This document shows, in pieces, positions 7,556 to 18,300 of a stretch of 64,000 bases of DNA. Under the pieces are notes generated by a model, which was not told where the DNA came from, searched no databases, and was given only the letters and a program-made list of their open reading frames with translations. The stretch lies in the IMG/VR virus record IMGVR_UViG_3300035698_027542, positions 2,787 to 66,786 of that record. The stretch is one strand, 5' to 3'. Every line of letters begins with the position of its first letter. The stretch's first letter is position 1. The position numbers were made by a program, and so were the translations under genes. Origin of the DNA: a virus.

Positions 7556-10500
7556 TTACTTGTTGTAAGCTTTTCTCAATTGTTCCGTATCATTGTTATC
7601 AGCATCTTGATTTTGTTGTTCTAGGGTGAATAATGAAGATAACTTTTTACTTAAATCATCTTGAGCATTTCTTACACTACTTGCCTCATTTATTTGTACG
7701 GTTTGAGACATACCGTCCGAAACAGTGTCAAGTCCTTTTACATTAGCAAATATGGCTTTTTCAATATCTTGAATTTGCTTAGGCTTATAGGCTCTCAACT
7801 CACTAATTTTAGTTGGGAGATCGGCAGGTACGATATGATTTGCTTGAAGCATTCTGCCAGCTACCCTAATAGCCTCGGACTCCGAATCGCCATCAGCGAT
7901 TACTGTGCCTTTATCTTTTGTAGTTTTTTCACTATCTAATTCTTCCTGACCCTGCTGAGCATTACCTGTAAATATTTCAGGTTGATCTTTAGGAGTATCA
8001 GGTTTTGTACCTATTGTTTCTTTTTCATGACCCATCATTCCGCTATCGCTTTTAACTTCTGATTCATTTATTTCATCAGCATCGAATTTTTCTTCTTTCC
8101 CGATAGTTCCCCCATCAGAGATAGGTTGAATATCAGGATCTTTTGCTACAGGTTCTTTTGGAGCAAGTTTTTTAGCAATTCTATCAGCTAAACTATTAAC
8201 TCCTTGTTTTGCCGAACCAAAACCCTTCATATGCATTAAGTCTTCATCTATAGAAGCGAGTTCTGTTTTTCCTTGACCCTTATCGCCGCCTGTATAGGTA
8301 TTATCTCCACCAGTATAACCTGCTTCTTCCTCATGTCCCATAGTAGCATTTTCTGATGGAACAACAGGTTGAGGTTTATCTTGTGGATTCAGGTCAGTAG
8401 GTTCTTGACCCATTGTTGCATTATCTCTTGGAACGCTAGGTTTTACTGCTGAAGGAATAGTTTCATTCTCATGCCCCATTTGGCTTCCACCTTCACCTGC
8501 TGTATAGGTTCCGATATCGCTAACATCTTGAGCTTTTTCTTGAGAAATTTCTTTTTCCCCAGCGGTTTTATTTATAGCGGCAATAACACTGGAAAGATCC
8601 ATTTGTGTTTTACCGACTTTACCAACATTCTTTTCCATTATATAAGCTTCCTTAGTCTCTGTTCCTGTCCCTGCTAACATTGGGTTATTTTCTTCCACTC
8701 CAACAGGTTGTTCTTCTTCCCCTCCAACGGGTTGCCCATTGACAGTAACATTAACTTTCGAAGGTTGTTCTGGAAATCCTCTTTCTTTTTCTACAACATC
8801 TGCTCCGTTACCTTGTTCAGCATCAAATCCAACTTCCATAGGTTTCATATCTCCGCCCATTTCACCGCCCATTCCTGGATCTTCTGTGGGCTTCATATCT
8901 CCACCCATTCCTGGATCTTCCATAGGTTTCATTTCATCTAATTCTCCTGGGCCTATTTCTTCTATAGGACCTTCTCCACCAAGATCATCAATAGGACCTT
9001 CATCCCCAATAGGAAGATCTCCTACTTCTTCGCCTTCTCCCATTTCTTCTCCAATTCCTTCTTGTCCTTCTCCCTCTGCTACTTCAATAGCTTGTTCAAG
9101 TTGTTCTACTATATCAATAGGAAGTTCTAAAGTAACTGTTGCCCCATGCTCTTCTTCAAATGGATCACCTTCTTCCATTACAGGAACATCAGGATCAACA
9201 TCAGGAGTTTCATTAAATTCATCTTTCCCTGTTATTTCATCTGCTAAGAAATCTTCTCCATCTGCTACTGCGACTTTAAGAGCAGAACAAACTTCGGCTG
9301 CTTGTCTTAAGCCATAGCCAGAACGAACTTGATGAGTAATACACTCTTCATCTCCATCACAATCTGACCAATTATCAGCTAATTTAGCAGCAATCTTAGA
9401 TGTATAAATATCAGCTTTTTTCAATCGGTTGCAAATTGATACAGCAAGTGGTTTACCCTCATCTGGGCCACTCAAGCACACAGCATTTGTTCCGAATCTT
9501 CTTGCTAGTTTCTCAATACAAGATTCGATTGGGAATTTATCTCCATATCCACCATATGCCAATTTATAATCTGCAATAACTGATCCTTTTTTATCTGCTG
9601 TCTTAACAGTTCTTAAAGAACCAGCTTGCTTTAATTTAATAATTGTTTCTACTTGATCTTTAAGATCCAACTGATTGAAATCTGCTTCGGTTATTTTCAT
9701 GCTCCCAAGAGCTTTTACAAATCTTTGTTTTGCTCTATCGCAAGATGGGCAAATTGTATTTGCGGTTCTTGGAGACCATTCCCACTGAGCATAAGGTTGT
9801 TTACCATCTTTAGAAACCATATAAGAAACTTTATATTTTGTTCCTGTGTCAAGACAAATATGATTTCCATCTCCCAAATTAACAGTATTAGCCTTACCTG
9901 TGGCAGGGCTAATTTCGCCTACTTTAATTTTTGCTTCAGCTACTTTCTTAATTGCACCTGGAATTATTTTTGTAGTAGCTGCAAATTTCACTACTCTATT
10001 ATTACTAACTGAAGCTGCCGCTGGAATGTCTCCCATTTCTTGTTCCATATTACCTGGGCCTTCTCCCAAACCTTCTTCAGTTGGCATTTCAAATCCTTCT
10101 CCTTCAAAGCCTTCTTCAACTTCTTCTTCTCCACCTTCAGAAGGAGTTACACCTTGCCATTTAGTAACATTAACTTCTACTTTATAAGTCATTTCTGAAC
10201 CACAATTACCACACTTGCCCTTACCATCAAGAACATCAACATCATCGCTACCACAAACAGGGCAAATTGATCCTGGTGGTAGTGGTTCAAGATTATCAGT
10301 TAACTCTCCTTCTTCTTCTCCCATAGCTCCTGGCTCTTCAGTAAAACTTTCCATTGGGGGAGCGCCTACGCCTGGAGTTCCTGGCAATGTTGCGCCAGCA
10401 CCTGGAGCCTGACCAGCACCTCCCATGCCTCCCATTTCTCCACCCATCATCTGAGCAGTTTTTTTAATTTCTGTTTTAGCTTCTGCCATACATTCTTCTG

Positions 10501-13102
10501 TCCCTTCTTCTATCCCTTCTTCAGGGCATTCTCCATTAATATCAGCATCGATATCTTCTATAGGACCTTCTATAATATCTCCGATATCATCAGGAACAAT
10601 CTCCTCTTCTGCTCCATCCTGAATATCTATAATTAATTCTCCATTATCTCCAACTTCGATTTTGATAACAGCGGCTGCAACAGATTCATCATCTATCATT
10701 TCTTGTGCAAATTTCTTTACGCCAGCTACGAATGCTGTTTTATCAGTAATGGGAACTCCAATATCTTCCATTGTTGCTCTAATTTGATATTTTCCATCTT
10801 CTGGTTTATCTAATTCTTTAATTGCAGATTCAATAGCATCTGCCTTTGTAATAATCTTTGTATCTGATAATTTATTAATTTTATTTTCTACAATAGAATT
10901 AACTTTAGTCATTTGCGATTCATTATTAATAATATGCCCGACAGTATCAAAAACATCTTCTGCTTTCATCCCGAACTGAGCATTAGAAGCTGCCGATACG
11001 ATCAAAGCATCAATAGTTGAAATTGTATTTTTAGAAGCTGTTTTAGCAAAATAAGAAGCATTAGAAGCAATTGCCTCTCTATTATCTTTCTTATGAGGTA
11101 AGGAATTAAGAACTGCTAAAAAAGAAACTTTTGCTTTTGTATCGGTATCATCATTAATAATAGAAGCTATTTTTTTAATCTCATCTGGAGATTTGCGATA
11201 AGTAGAAATCATATCTGCTAGAATATTAGTAGCAGTTTTAACAAGAGAAACGGAATAATCTTTATTAGCCCATCTCTTCAAACCATCTGTCATTGAGATA
11301 TTTCTCAACTGGTCTTCTGTGATAGTCTCAAGATTACCTACAAATTTATGATTACTAAGAAGATCCCTAATTTGAGCTTGGGTAATAGATTCTGTATAAT
11401 CATCTGGGAGATTACCAGCAATATCTCTACTGAAATCATCCCACTGTTTCTCTGTAATAACATCTGAGTAATCATTAAAATGGATTACCGCTTCTCCTAA
11501 AGCGCTTTGAGTCTTTAACTGATCTTCTGTAATTGTTTCATACGTACCTGTTCTCACTTGTGGACTATCAGAAGTCGTATCATTACTTTGCTCGGAACCG
11601 CCTATTTGTTCTTTACTTTCAGTTATCCCTTCATAAACTTCCTCTGTTCTTGGATGAAGAGTCTCTTCTTCTTTTATAAGCTGTTTCTCAGTAATGACTT
11701 CAAGATTCTCTGTCCCAGCCGCCACTTTTGTAGCTTTATTATCAGTAGCCATTTTTGCTCCTATATTTAATTGAGAATTAATATTTTTATTTAAATTACG
11801 TAGACTCTCTTCTAAAGAATCTACTTTACTAATTAGTTTTTGACTTATTCGTGAAAAATCCTCTATTTTTCTTGAAGAATTTTTCGGCATTGTCACATTT
11901 CCTAGATCTCCAAGACCAGAAGTTTGGCTTCCAGCGGATGGTAATTCTTGCTGAGCTGCCATTTGTTCTGGAGGAAGCGGTGCTGGGAATTGATCAGCAA
12001 CTATTGGTTGATCTCCATCTGCAGCCGTAACTTGTGGAGAAGGTAATCCCCCATAACCCATTTCTGTCAATTCATCAAAAATGCCTTGTACGTCTGCCAT
12101 AGCCTTAACAAGCTCACTAACGTACTCCATCGAGACATTTTCTTTTTGTTTTAACATACTTTTAACGACAGTTTCCATTTCTGTCATACTATTTTTAAGT
12201 GACTCAAGCTCTTGTACCCCACCCAACTTGATAAGCATCTCATTATCTTCTTCTTGCAGATGTGCTTCTTTAATAAGATTCCCTATTGTTTTATTAAAAG
12301 ATGCTACTTTTTTTTCTAAAGTAGGAACATTAAGAACACATTTTACCCCACAATCCTGACAAGCTGGATTAACTACAAAACTATTTTCAATAAACTTTAG
12401 CCCGTAGTTATGTTCAAAAATAGCCTGATCTGCATGTTTGAGAGTTTTGATGTTATCTTTCGCGCTCCCGCAAACAGGGCATTTTTCGTCCTTATCTGTT
12501 GGGCTGTTATGATAAGCACATTTCAAGTCTCCAGTATATTTCCTATTCTTTCTATTTGATACATGAGAACAATAATCTTCTGATGTATTTGCCTTGTTAT
12601 GGCAAACAGAGCAGATACTAGATTCCACAGAACATCCCATTGACGTTCCTGTTATATATCCTTCTTCTAGTCCTCTTGCAAGTCTTGGATAAGCTACTTT
12701 ATCCACTCTCCCAATTATATAAACTCCTCCTTCTTTTGGGTCATACCACGAATGGACACATTCTCCTCTTGCCTTCTCTACATCATCATTTTGATGATTG
12801 GTAAAGAGAGGAACGCCTACGAAAGAAGATGTTGCTAATTTTAATTCTTTTTCATTAAAGGCATCTCCATTATCATTAGGTTCATCTTTTTTAATTGCAA
12901 ATATTTTAATATAGAGATGGTCTGGGTGTTCTTTAGTAGCTTCTTTTAAATTAAAACCTCCTAGATCTTCTCCTTCTATATTAATAGAAGCAGTTTTTAT
13001 TTGATCGGGAAAATTATAAATATCCCAACCTTCTCCTGTTGGTTTATTAAGTGCTGTAACTTTGCATTTATGTGAAAACCTTGCTATTTTATACATTGCC
13101 AT
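7556..13102 (-). CDS. Giant prohead protease-scaffold fusion (~1850 aa)
   Basis: N-terminal herpes/HK97-type protease motifs (NDNGDAF, FTNH, TSMGC, ENSFVVNPA) with CxxC inserts; long acidic low-complexity body; start likely MAMYK at 13102. Confidence 0.75.
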   Translation of the reverse strand: MAMYKIARFSHKCKVTALNKPTGEGWDIYNFPDQIKTASINIEGEDLGGFNLKEATKEHPDHLYIKIFAIKKDEPNDNGDAFNEKELKLATSSFVGVPLFTNHQNDDVEKARGECVHSWYDPKEGGVYIIGRVDKVAYPRLARGLEEGYITGTSMGCSVESSICSVCHNKANTSEDYCSHVSNRKNRKYTGDLKCAYHNSPTDKDEKCPVCGSAKDNIKTLKHADQAIFEHNYGLKFIENSFVVNPACQDCGVKCVLNVPTLEKKVASFNKTIGNLIKEAHLQEEDNEMLIKLGGVQELESLKNSMTEMETVVKSMLKQKENVSMEYVSELVKAMADVQGIFDELTEMGYGGLPSPQVTAADGDQPIVADQFPAPLPPEQMAAQQELPSAGSQTSGLGDLGNVTMPKNSSRKIEDFSRISQKLISKVDSLEESLRNLNKNINSQLNIGAKMATDNKATKVAAGTENLEVITEKQLIKEEETLHPRTEEVYEGITESKEQIGGSEQSNDTTSDSPQVRTGTYETITEDQLKTQSALGEAVIHFNDYSDVITEKQWDDFSRDIAGNLPDDYTESITQAQIRDLLSNHKFVGNLETITEDQLRNISMTDGLKRWANKDYSVSLVKTATNILADMISTYRKSPDEIKKIASIINDDTDTKAKVSFLAVLNSLPHKKDNREAIASNASYFAKTASKNTISTIDALIVSAASNAQFGMKAEDVFDTVGHIINNESQMTKVNSIVENKINKLSDTKIITKADAIESAIKELDKPEDGKYQIRATMEDIGVPITDKTAFVAGVKKFAQEMIDDESVAAAVIKIEVGDNGELIIDIQDGAEEEIVPDDIGDIIEGPIEDIDADINGECPEEGIEEGTEECMAEAKTEIKKTAQMMGGEMGGMGGAGQAPGAGATLPGTPGVGAPPMESFTEEPGAMGEEEGELTDNLEPLPPGSICPVCGSDDVDVLDGKGKCGNCGSEMTYKVEVNVTKWQGVTPSEGGEEEVEEGFEGEGFEMPTEEGLGEGPGNMEQEMGDIPAAASVSNNRVVKFAATTKIIPGAIKKVAEAKIKVGEISPATGKANTVNLGDGNHICLDTGTKYKVSYMVSKDGKQPYAQWEWSPRTANTICPSCDRAKQRFVKALGSMKITEADFNQLDLKDQVETIIKLKQAGSLRTVKTADKKGSVIADYKLAYGGYGDKFPIESCIEKLARRFGTNAVCLSGPDEGKPLAVSICNRLKKADIYTSKIAAKLADNWSDCDGDEECITHQVRSGYGLRQAAEVCSALKVAVADGEDFLADEITGKDEFNETPDVDPDVPVMEEGDPFEEEHGATVTLELPIDIVEQLEQAIEVAEGEGQEGIGEEMGEGEEVGDLPIGDEGPIDDLGGEGPIEEIGPGELDEMKPMEDPGMGGDMKPTEDPGMGGEMGGDMKPMEVGFDAEQGNGADVVEKERGFPEQPSKVNVTVNGQPVGGEEEQPVGVEENNPMLAGTGTETKEAYIMEKNVGKVGKTQMDLSSVIAAINKTAGEKEISQEKAQDVSDIGTYTAGEGGSQMGHENETIPSAVKPSVPRDNATMGQEPTDLNPQDKPQPVVPSENATMGHEEEAGYTGGDNTYTGGDKGQGKTELASIDEDLMHMKGFGSAKQGVNSLADRIAKKLAPKEPVAKDPDIQPISDGGTIGKEEKFDADEINESEVKSDSGMMGHEKETIGTKPDTPKDQPEIFTGNAQQGQEELDSEKTTKDKGTVIADGDSESEAIRVAGRMLQANHIVPADLPTKISELRAYKPKQIQDIEKAIFANVKGLDTVSDGMSQTVQINEASSVRNAQDDLSKKLSSLFTLEQQNQDADNNDTEQLRKAYNK

Positions 13103-13118
13103 TTTTATTTTTCCTTGT

Positions 13119-13493
13119 TTACCATTCTTTATCATTATTTTCTAAATCTTGAGTTATATTAGAATAATGCTCTTGAATTTCTGAATATACATTGTTTTTT
13201 AAATCTTTATTTTCTGGGCTACTAAGAAAAGATGTTAGATCTTCTTTACTAACAACATCTGTTGCTAAAAACTCAATTTCTCCATTTGCATCATTAACCC
13301 AGTAAGAAATATTAACTTCAACATCTGAAGGAGAAATTGCTCCTTCTTCTATAATTGGTATAGCCGTAGAAAATTGACCTTTCATCGAAGGATTTTTTTT
13401 ATAATATCTATTTAAAGTTCCTGGAGAAAACATAGGAGGAGCATATGCTTCCTTCTCTATTTTCTTATAATTTTTAGTTTTTAATATTTTCAC
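13119..13493 (-). CDS. Hypothetical protein with MKILKTKNYK leader
   Basis: ORF; leader shared with neighbours. Confidence 0.65.
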   Translation of the reverse strand: MKILKTKNYKKIEKEAYAPPMFSPGTLNRYYKKNPSMKGQFSTAIPIIEEGAISPSDVEVNISYWVNDANGEIEFLATDVVSKEDLTSFLSSPENKDLKNNVYSEIQEHYSNITQDLENNDKEW

Positions 13494-13502
13494 TATAAAT
13501 AA

Positions 13503-13790
13503 TTACCTTTGTGGATTAGTATGTAAACTACCTATTTCTTTTACTTTTGCATCTTGTTGTTCGAAAGAAAAACCTCTACTTTTTAATTCCTGTCTATAAA
13601 CAGATGCTTGATCAAAATATTTACCTTGATTTGAGCTAACTCGAGAAGCTTCAATAGCATCACTTAAAGCACCTAATAAAGATTCTGTATCCATCTGTTT
13701 TGCCTTTTGTCTCTCATGTTGAAAATTAACCTTATAAGGATTCATATCTCCAAATGTATCAGCAAATTTTTTAGTTTTTATAATTTTCAT
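13503..13790 (-). CDS. Hypothetical protein with MKIIKTKKFA leader
   Basis: Start moved to ATG 13790 (TAATG coupling with the upstream zinc-ribbon gene). Confidence 0.65.
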   Translation of the reverse strand: MKIIKTKKFADTFGDMNPYKVNFQHERQKAKQMDTESLLGALSDAIEASRVSSNQGKYFDQASVYRQELKSRGFSFEQQDAKVKEIGSLHTNPQR

Positions 13791-13957
13791 TATAATTTTT
13801 CCCCGCAAGAAGGACAAAATTTCATTTTAAAAAGAACACAAGTCCCACAAGAAGCACAGCAGAGCTTACTATCTTCTTTCTCCTGTTCTTCTACTTGTTC
13901 TTTTCTTACTCCAAACGTATAATTTTTATTATCTTTTTGACCACACTTAAGCATCAC
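13790..13957 (-). CDS. Small zinc-ribbon protein
   Basis: Manual translation ...LCCASCGTCVLFKMKFCPSCGEKL; AAGGAG RBS. Confidence 0.65.
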   Translation of the reverse strand: MMLKCGQKDNKNYTFGVRKEQVEEQEKEDSKLCCASCGTCVLFKMKFCPSCGEKL

Positions 13958-13967
13958 AATTATCTCC

Positions 13968-14219
13968 TTAAATTAGTTGACTCTGTTGTTGACCTGATGG
14001 TACTGGTCTCCCCAAAGCCCCCAATACGTAATCTTTTACTTGTGCTATTTGTTCTGTAGAAAAATCAGGAAATTCTTGACTAATAGCCTGATACATATCT
14101 CCCCCACTATGAACAACCTGTTGAATATTTTGCAACTTGGCACTCCATATCTGAGGGTCATATTCAGAACTTTTCATTATTTCTCTGTCTTGGTACTTTT
14201 TACTTTTTATAATCTTCAT
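13968..14219 (-). CDS. Hypothetical protein with MKIIKSKKY leader
   Basis: ORF with RBS and upstream AAGG-N17-AGAATA motif. Confidence 0.65.
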   Translation of the reverse strand: MKIIKSKKYQDREIMKSSEYDPQIWSAKLQNIQQVVHSGGDMYQAISQEFPDFSTEQIAQVKDYVLGALGRPVPSGQQQSQLI

Positions 14220-14273
14220 AGATATTTTCCTTATTCTATTCCCTATTCTGTGTAAACAAAAAAATTCCTTTAA

Positions 14274-14940
14274 TTATATCAATTTAGGCTTGCTCCAATT
14301 ATCTACTGCCCATAACGGTTGGATATTGAATAACGACCATCATTCCTTAAATTCCTCATCATCAAAAGAATTAAATTTAAAATTACATTTTGGAATTATA
14401 TGATCTATATGCCATCCATATTTACCATAATTATCCCAAGACATCCCATTTACAAACTGCTTTTCAAGATGATCCATTAATTCTTTTCTTGAATATCCAA
14501 CAAGATTCTCCCACCTTCTTCTTTTCTTTGATAATCCATCTAACTTTAAAGAATGCCTTATATTCCTTGAAACATTACTATGTATCTTTTTCTCGATATC
14601 TTTCATAAAACAATCTTTACTTTTTTTCGGATGATGATTTCTATAATATCTCTTAGATTGAATCAATATCTTTTCTTTATTTTCTTCATAATATGATTTA
14701 TGATATTCCCTTACAGATTTTTTGTTTTCTTCATAATATTCTTTTTTTCGTTTCTCATTTTTAATATAAGATTCTGATCTCTCGTCTCTGTGTTTTTGAC
14801 GATTTTCTTTACGTTTTTGATTGTAATAATCCCTATTATTCAAATAGTTATTTTTGTTGCTACAAATCTTAGAGCAACATTTAGAATCTCTCCTTTTTTT
14901 TCTCAAATTCTACACCACATATCATACAAATTAACATCAT
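14274..14940 (-). pseudogene. Disrupted HNH homing endonuclease
   Basis: MMLICMICGVEFEKK is out of frame with RRDSKCCSKIC at an A8 run (~14894-14901); in-frame TGA at 14340-14342 followed by WSLFNIQPLWAVDN; WHIDHIIP motif. Confidence 0.7.
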
Positions 14941-14944
14941 GTTA

Positions 14945-15361
14945 TTATCCCTTAACGTGCCTTGGAATTTCGATAGTGGCTAATTGTTCAACAGTATAAT
15001 TAGGAGCACCTTTAGGAAATGGAATACCCCACTTTTCAGAAGCGTGGCTAAGAGCAGCTACTGAACTGGTGAAATATTCACCACTTGGAGCATATACTTT
15101 TGCTTTGGGGTCATCTGGCAACTTCTTAATCCCAGAAAAGAATCGTTTTGCCCCATCTCTAGTTAAAGAAGGTCCCATAACCACAAAATAATCAGAGTTT
15201 GTAGTATAGTCGTGACCTTCCCATCTTATATAAGATAATTGACCAAGCTGTTTGTCAAATCTCTTTTTTAATTTTTGAGATCTTTCATGGTACCCTGGTT
15301 TCCAATCAATCCCTCTATCTCTTATTCTTTTTCTGCCCGAAAATTTAAGTAGTGTCTCCAT
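14945..15361 (-). CDS. Hypothetical protein (head module)
   Basis: 138-aa ORF directly downstream of portal. Confidence 0.6.
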   Translation of the reverse strand: METLLKFSGRKRIRDRGIDWKPGYHERSQKLKKRFDKQLGQLSYIRWEGHDYTTNSDYFVVMGPSLTRDGAKRFFSGIKKLPDDPKAKVYAPSGEYFTSSVAALSHASEKWGIPFPKGAPNYTVEQLATIEIPRHVKG

Positions 15362-18300
15362 TTTCTATATTCCCTATATATAAAATTTGTCCGTGTGGGA
15401 TAGATGTCCTACTACAGCCTATCTTTCCTTTAGAAAGACAATATTCATACAAAGGGTTCGTCCCGTCTCCTTCTACAGAAGCTGTTTTTATTAAAGCTCC
15501 ATCTTCTGCTTTTTTTCTACTTTTGCTTGCATCTGCCATATGGCTAACAATTGTATCTCTTACTGCATCTATATTTTCATTTACAGCAGCCTCATTAAAT
15601 CTCAACACTCTCCAACCCACATTAGCTAATTTATTATCTCTCTGAAGATCTCTTTGCTGAAAATCCTCTCTCTCATGCCAAATTGCTCCATCTACTTCTA
15701 TCCCAACTCCGATTTTTGGATAAGCAAAATCAATAGCATAAGGTCTTGACTCTCCTGGAACTTTCACCTGATACTGAGCAAATAAATCATGAGGAGTATT
15801 CATGTCCGAAAGAGTCCTAAACATTTTTTGTTCTAACTTTGTTAGTTTAATCATTTTTGGAGGAAGAGTTTGTTCTTCTTCTTGTTTATTTTTAGAACCT
15901 CTTTTCCCTATTTTTGGCAACTCTCCAGAAGCGGCCGCTCCCATAGATGGTGCTCCCCCAGCACCTCCCATTGGAGCGCCTCCCATGCCTCCCATTGGAG
16001 CACCCCCCATTTCACCGCCTGGAGCGCCGCCTGGCATACCTCCACCCATGTCTCCACCTGGCATACCTCCAGCCATACCTCCACCCATATCTCCACCCAT
16101 CGGGCCTCCACCCATTGGAGCGCCGCCCATTGCATCGCCGCCCATCCCCGCTACCATCCCATTTGCCTGGGCCATAATTTGTTCTTCTCTTATTTTCTCA
16201 ACTTCTGAATCATAATCTAAATCCATTTCTTCAAGAACTGTTTGTGCTGAAACCATTCCTTTATCATACATTTGCATTAAGGTTTGTATTCTATTTGTTT
16301 TATCTCTAAGCTGTAAATCATTCCATGTAAGTTTAGGATATAAATAAGCTATTTCTTCAATCTCTTTAGATTCCTCTTCATCTATAAACCCCTGCATCAT
16401 AGCCACAGGTTTAAAAATATTAATTTCTACCCATGTTTTTAATTTATTTCTCCAGTTATCTAATCTTCTAATAAGAACTTCAATACCAACTTGTGCCGAA
16501 TTGCCCTGAACAGTTACTACTCCATTTCTCATAGTAACAAATAATTCATAAGGAACAGAAAAACAATATACATTATCGTTATAAGGAACTCTTGTTATCT
16601 CTTTCCCTGCATATTTTTTAGATTTAGAATAAAGAGTAGGAGTTCTTCCCTTAAACCCCTTAGAAATATATACAACATATTGTTGATGCCTAGTTATATA
16701 TTCATGTCCATTTTTATTAAAATATTTTTTATTCTTAGATTCTTTTTTATTATATTCTCTAATTTTAGTTACATAGCCACATTTGAATGCTATTTCTGCA
16801 AAATCTTCTGCAAGTTGTTTACTAGAAGTATAATAAGATTGACCTTTAACTTTTCTATTCTCTCCAATATGATTATGAACACAACCATCTCCATTAATCA
16901 TAGCTTCTAATACTATCTCTAAACATTCAGGTGTTAGATTTTTTACAAATGGAGAAAGTTTTTTATTAATAAATCCTTTTCCAAAATTATTACTAAGATA
17001 TAATGCTAAATCTGGCTTATAAGTAGATACATGCGTTTTTCCTACATAATGTTTCTCAAACATGCTATCAAATAATTCTTCAATATCTTCTCTTGCCTCA
17101 CTATCTCTATTTTGACTAATTCCAACAACTGTTTGTTTTCTTGTTCTATTTTTTCTTTTTTCTTTAGTAGTCCATCCCTCAGAAACATAGTATCCAACCA
17201 TTTTACAATAGTCATAAATAGAATACTTTTCATCTCCTATTTGAATTGATTTTTGATATTCTCCTTCATAACCATCTACTGCTCCTATAAATTTAGATCT
17301 TGAACGAATTTCATCCGCTCTCGTAAATTTGTAATCATTAGATCCTCTTTTAGCACTCCACATCCTATGATTAGGAGTTACTAGAATATCTATTTTATCA
17401 GTGTTAAAGTGAACCATCTCTCCATCATAATCATAAACCATTTTCTTATATGGAAGATGATATTCTATTTTTTTAGTCTCAGGATTATAACAAGCGATCT
17501 TATCTTTCTTAGGATCTATCTCCCGATAACTTTTAAAGCCAGAATCACAAAGAGTTTTGGTATCAGCACTTAGGCACGTATATCCAGCCATTTCCCCATT
17601 TAATATAGCTTGATTAAGCATAAGACCATCAAGAATTTCTTTTCCAACTTGTTCTATTTCTGCTGTAATATTATGAATTTTTCCTGTTGCTCCATACCAC
17701 TCATAATCAAAAGCGTGATGTGTAACAATAGTCAAATTAGGGTCATTAGCAACTGCCGCTAGTTGATTCTGAACGTCTTGCAAATCAGTATCAGTTGCAG
17801 GTCTATCTTTATCCCCCACCTTTACAACCCTAACAGGAAGAATTAATCTTTCAGCAACAATCCAGTTAGCAGTCATAATTTTTGTTTTATAAGCTAAAAC
17901 TGTAAATAACCTTTGGAGCATTGATGTCCCATATGTCCCATAATCACTAGCATTATGTTTTAAATGACTAATACATCTATCTGACAATCTAACAGGCTGA
18001 CCAGACGAAACCGCTCTAATCAATCCTGCTGGCAAACTATCATATATACTTCTTGGTTCTTTTCTTGAAACAATAAGTTTTAATTCTTCATCTGGAACTA
18101 GATAATACTCTGGATTACTTGCTAAGGGATTATCTCTGACATCCAGATAATCAGGATTCATCAACTTGATACTTTTAAAAGTTCCATCAGCATGATTACA
18201 TAATTCTCCATCTGCTTTTCTTCCCTTCCCTCCACAATTAGGACATTCTATTTCTGCAAATGGGAAGACATCACCAATAAGAAAATATTCATGGCTAATA

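Noticed and set aside
14340-14342. In-frame TGA as selenocysteine or alternative genetic code
   Set aside because: The same gene also has a frameshift; other genes end normally at TGA and TAG; no SECIS or suppressor tRNA seen
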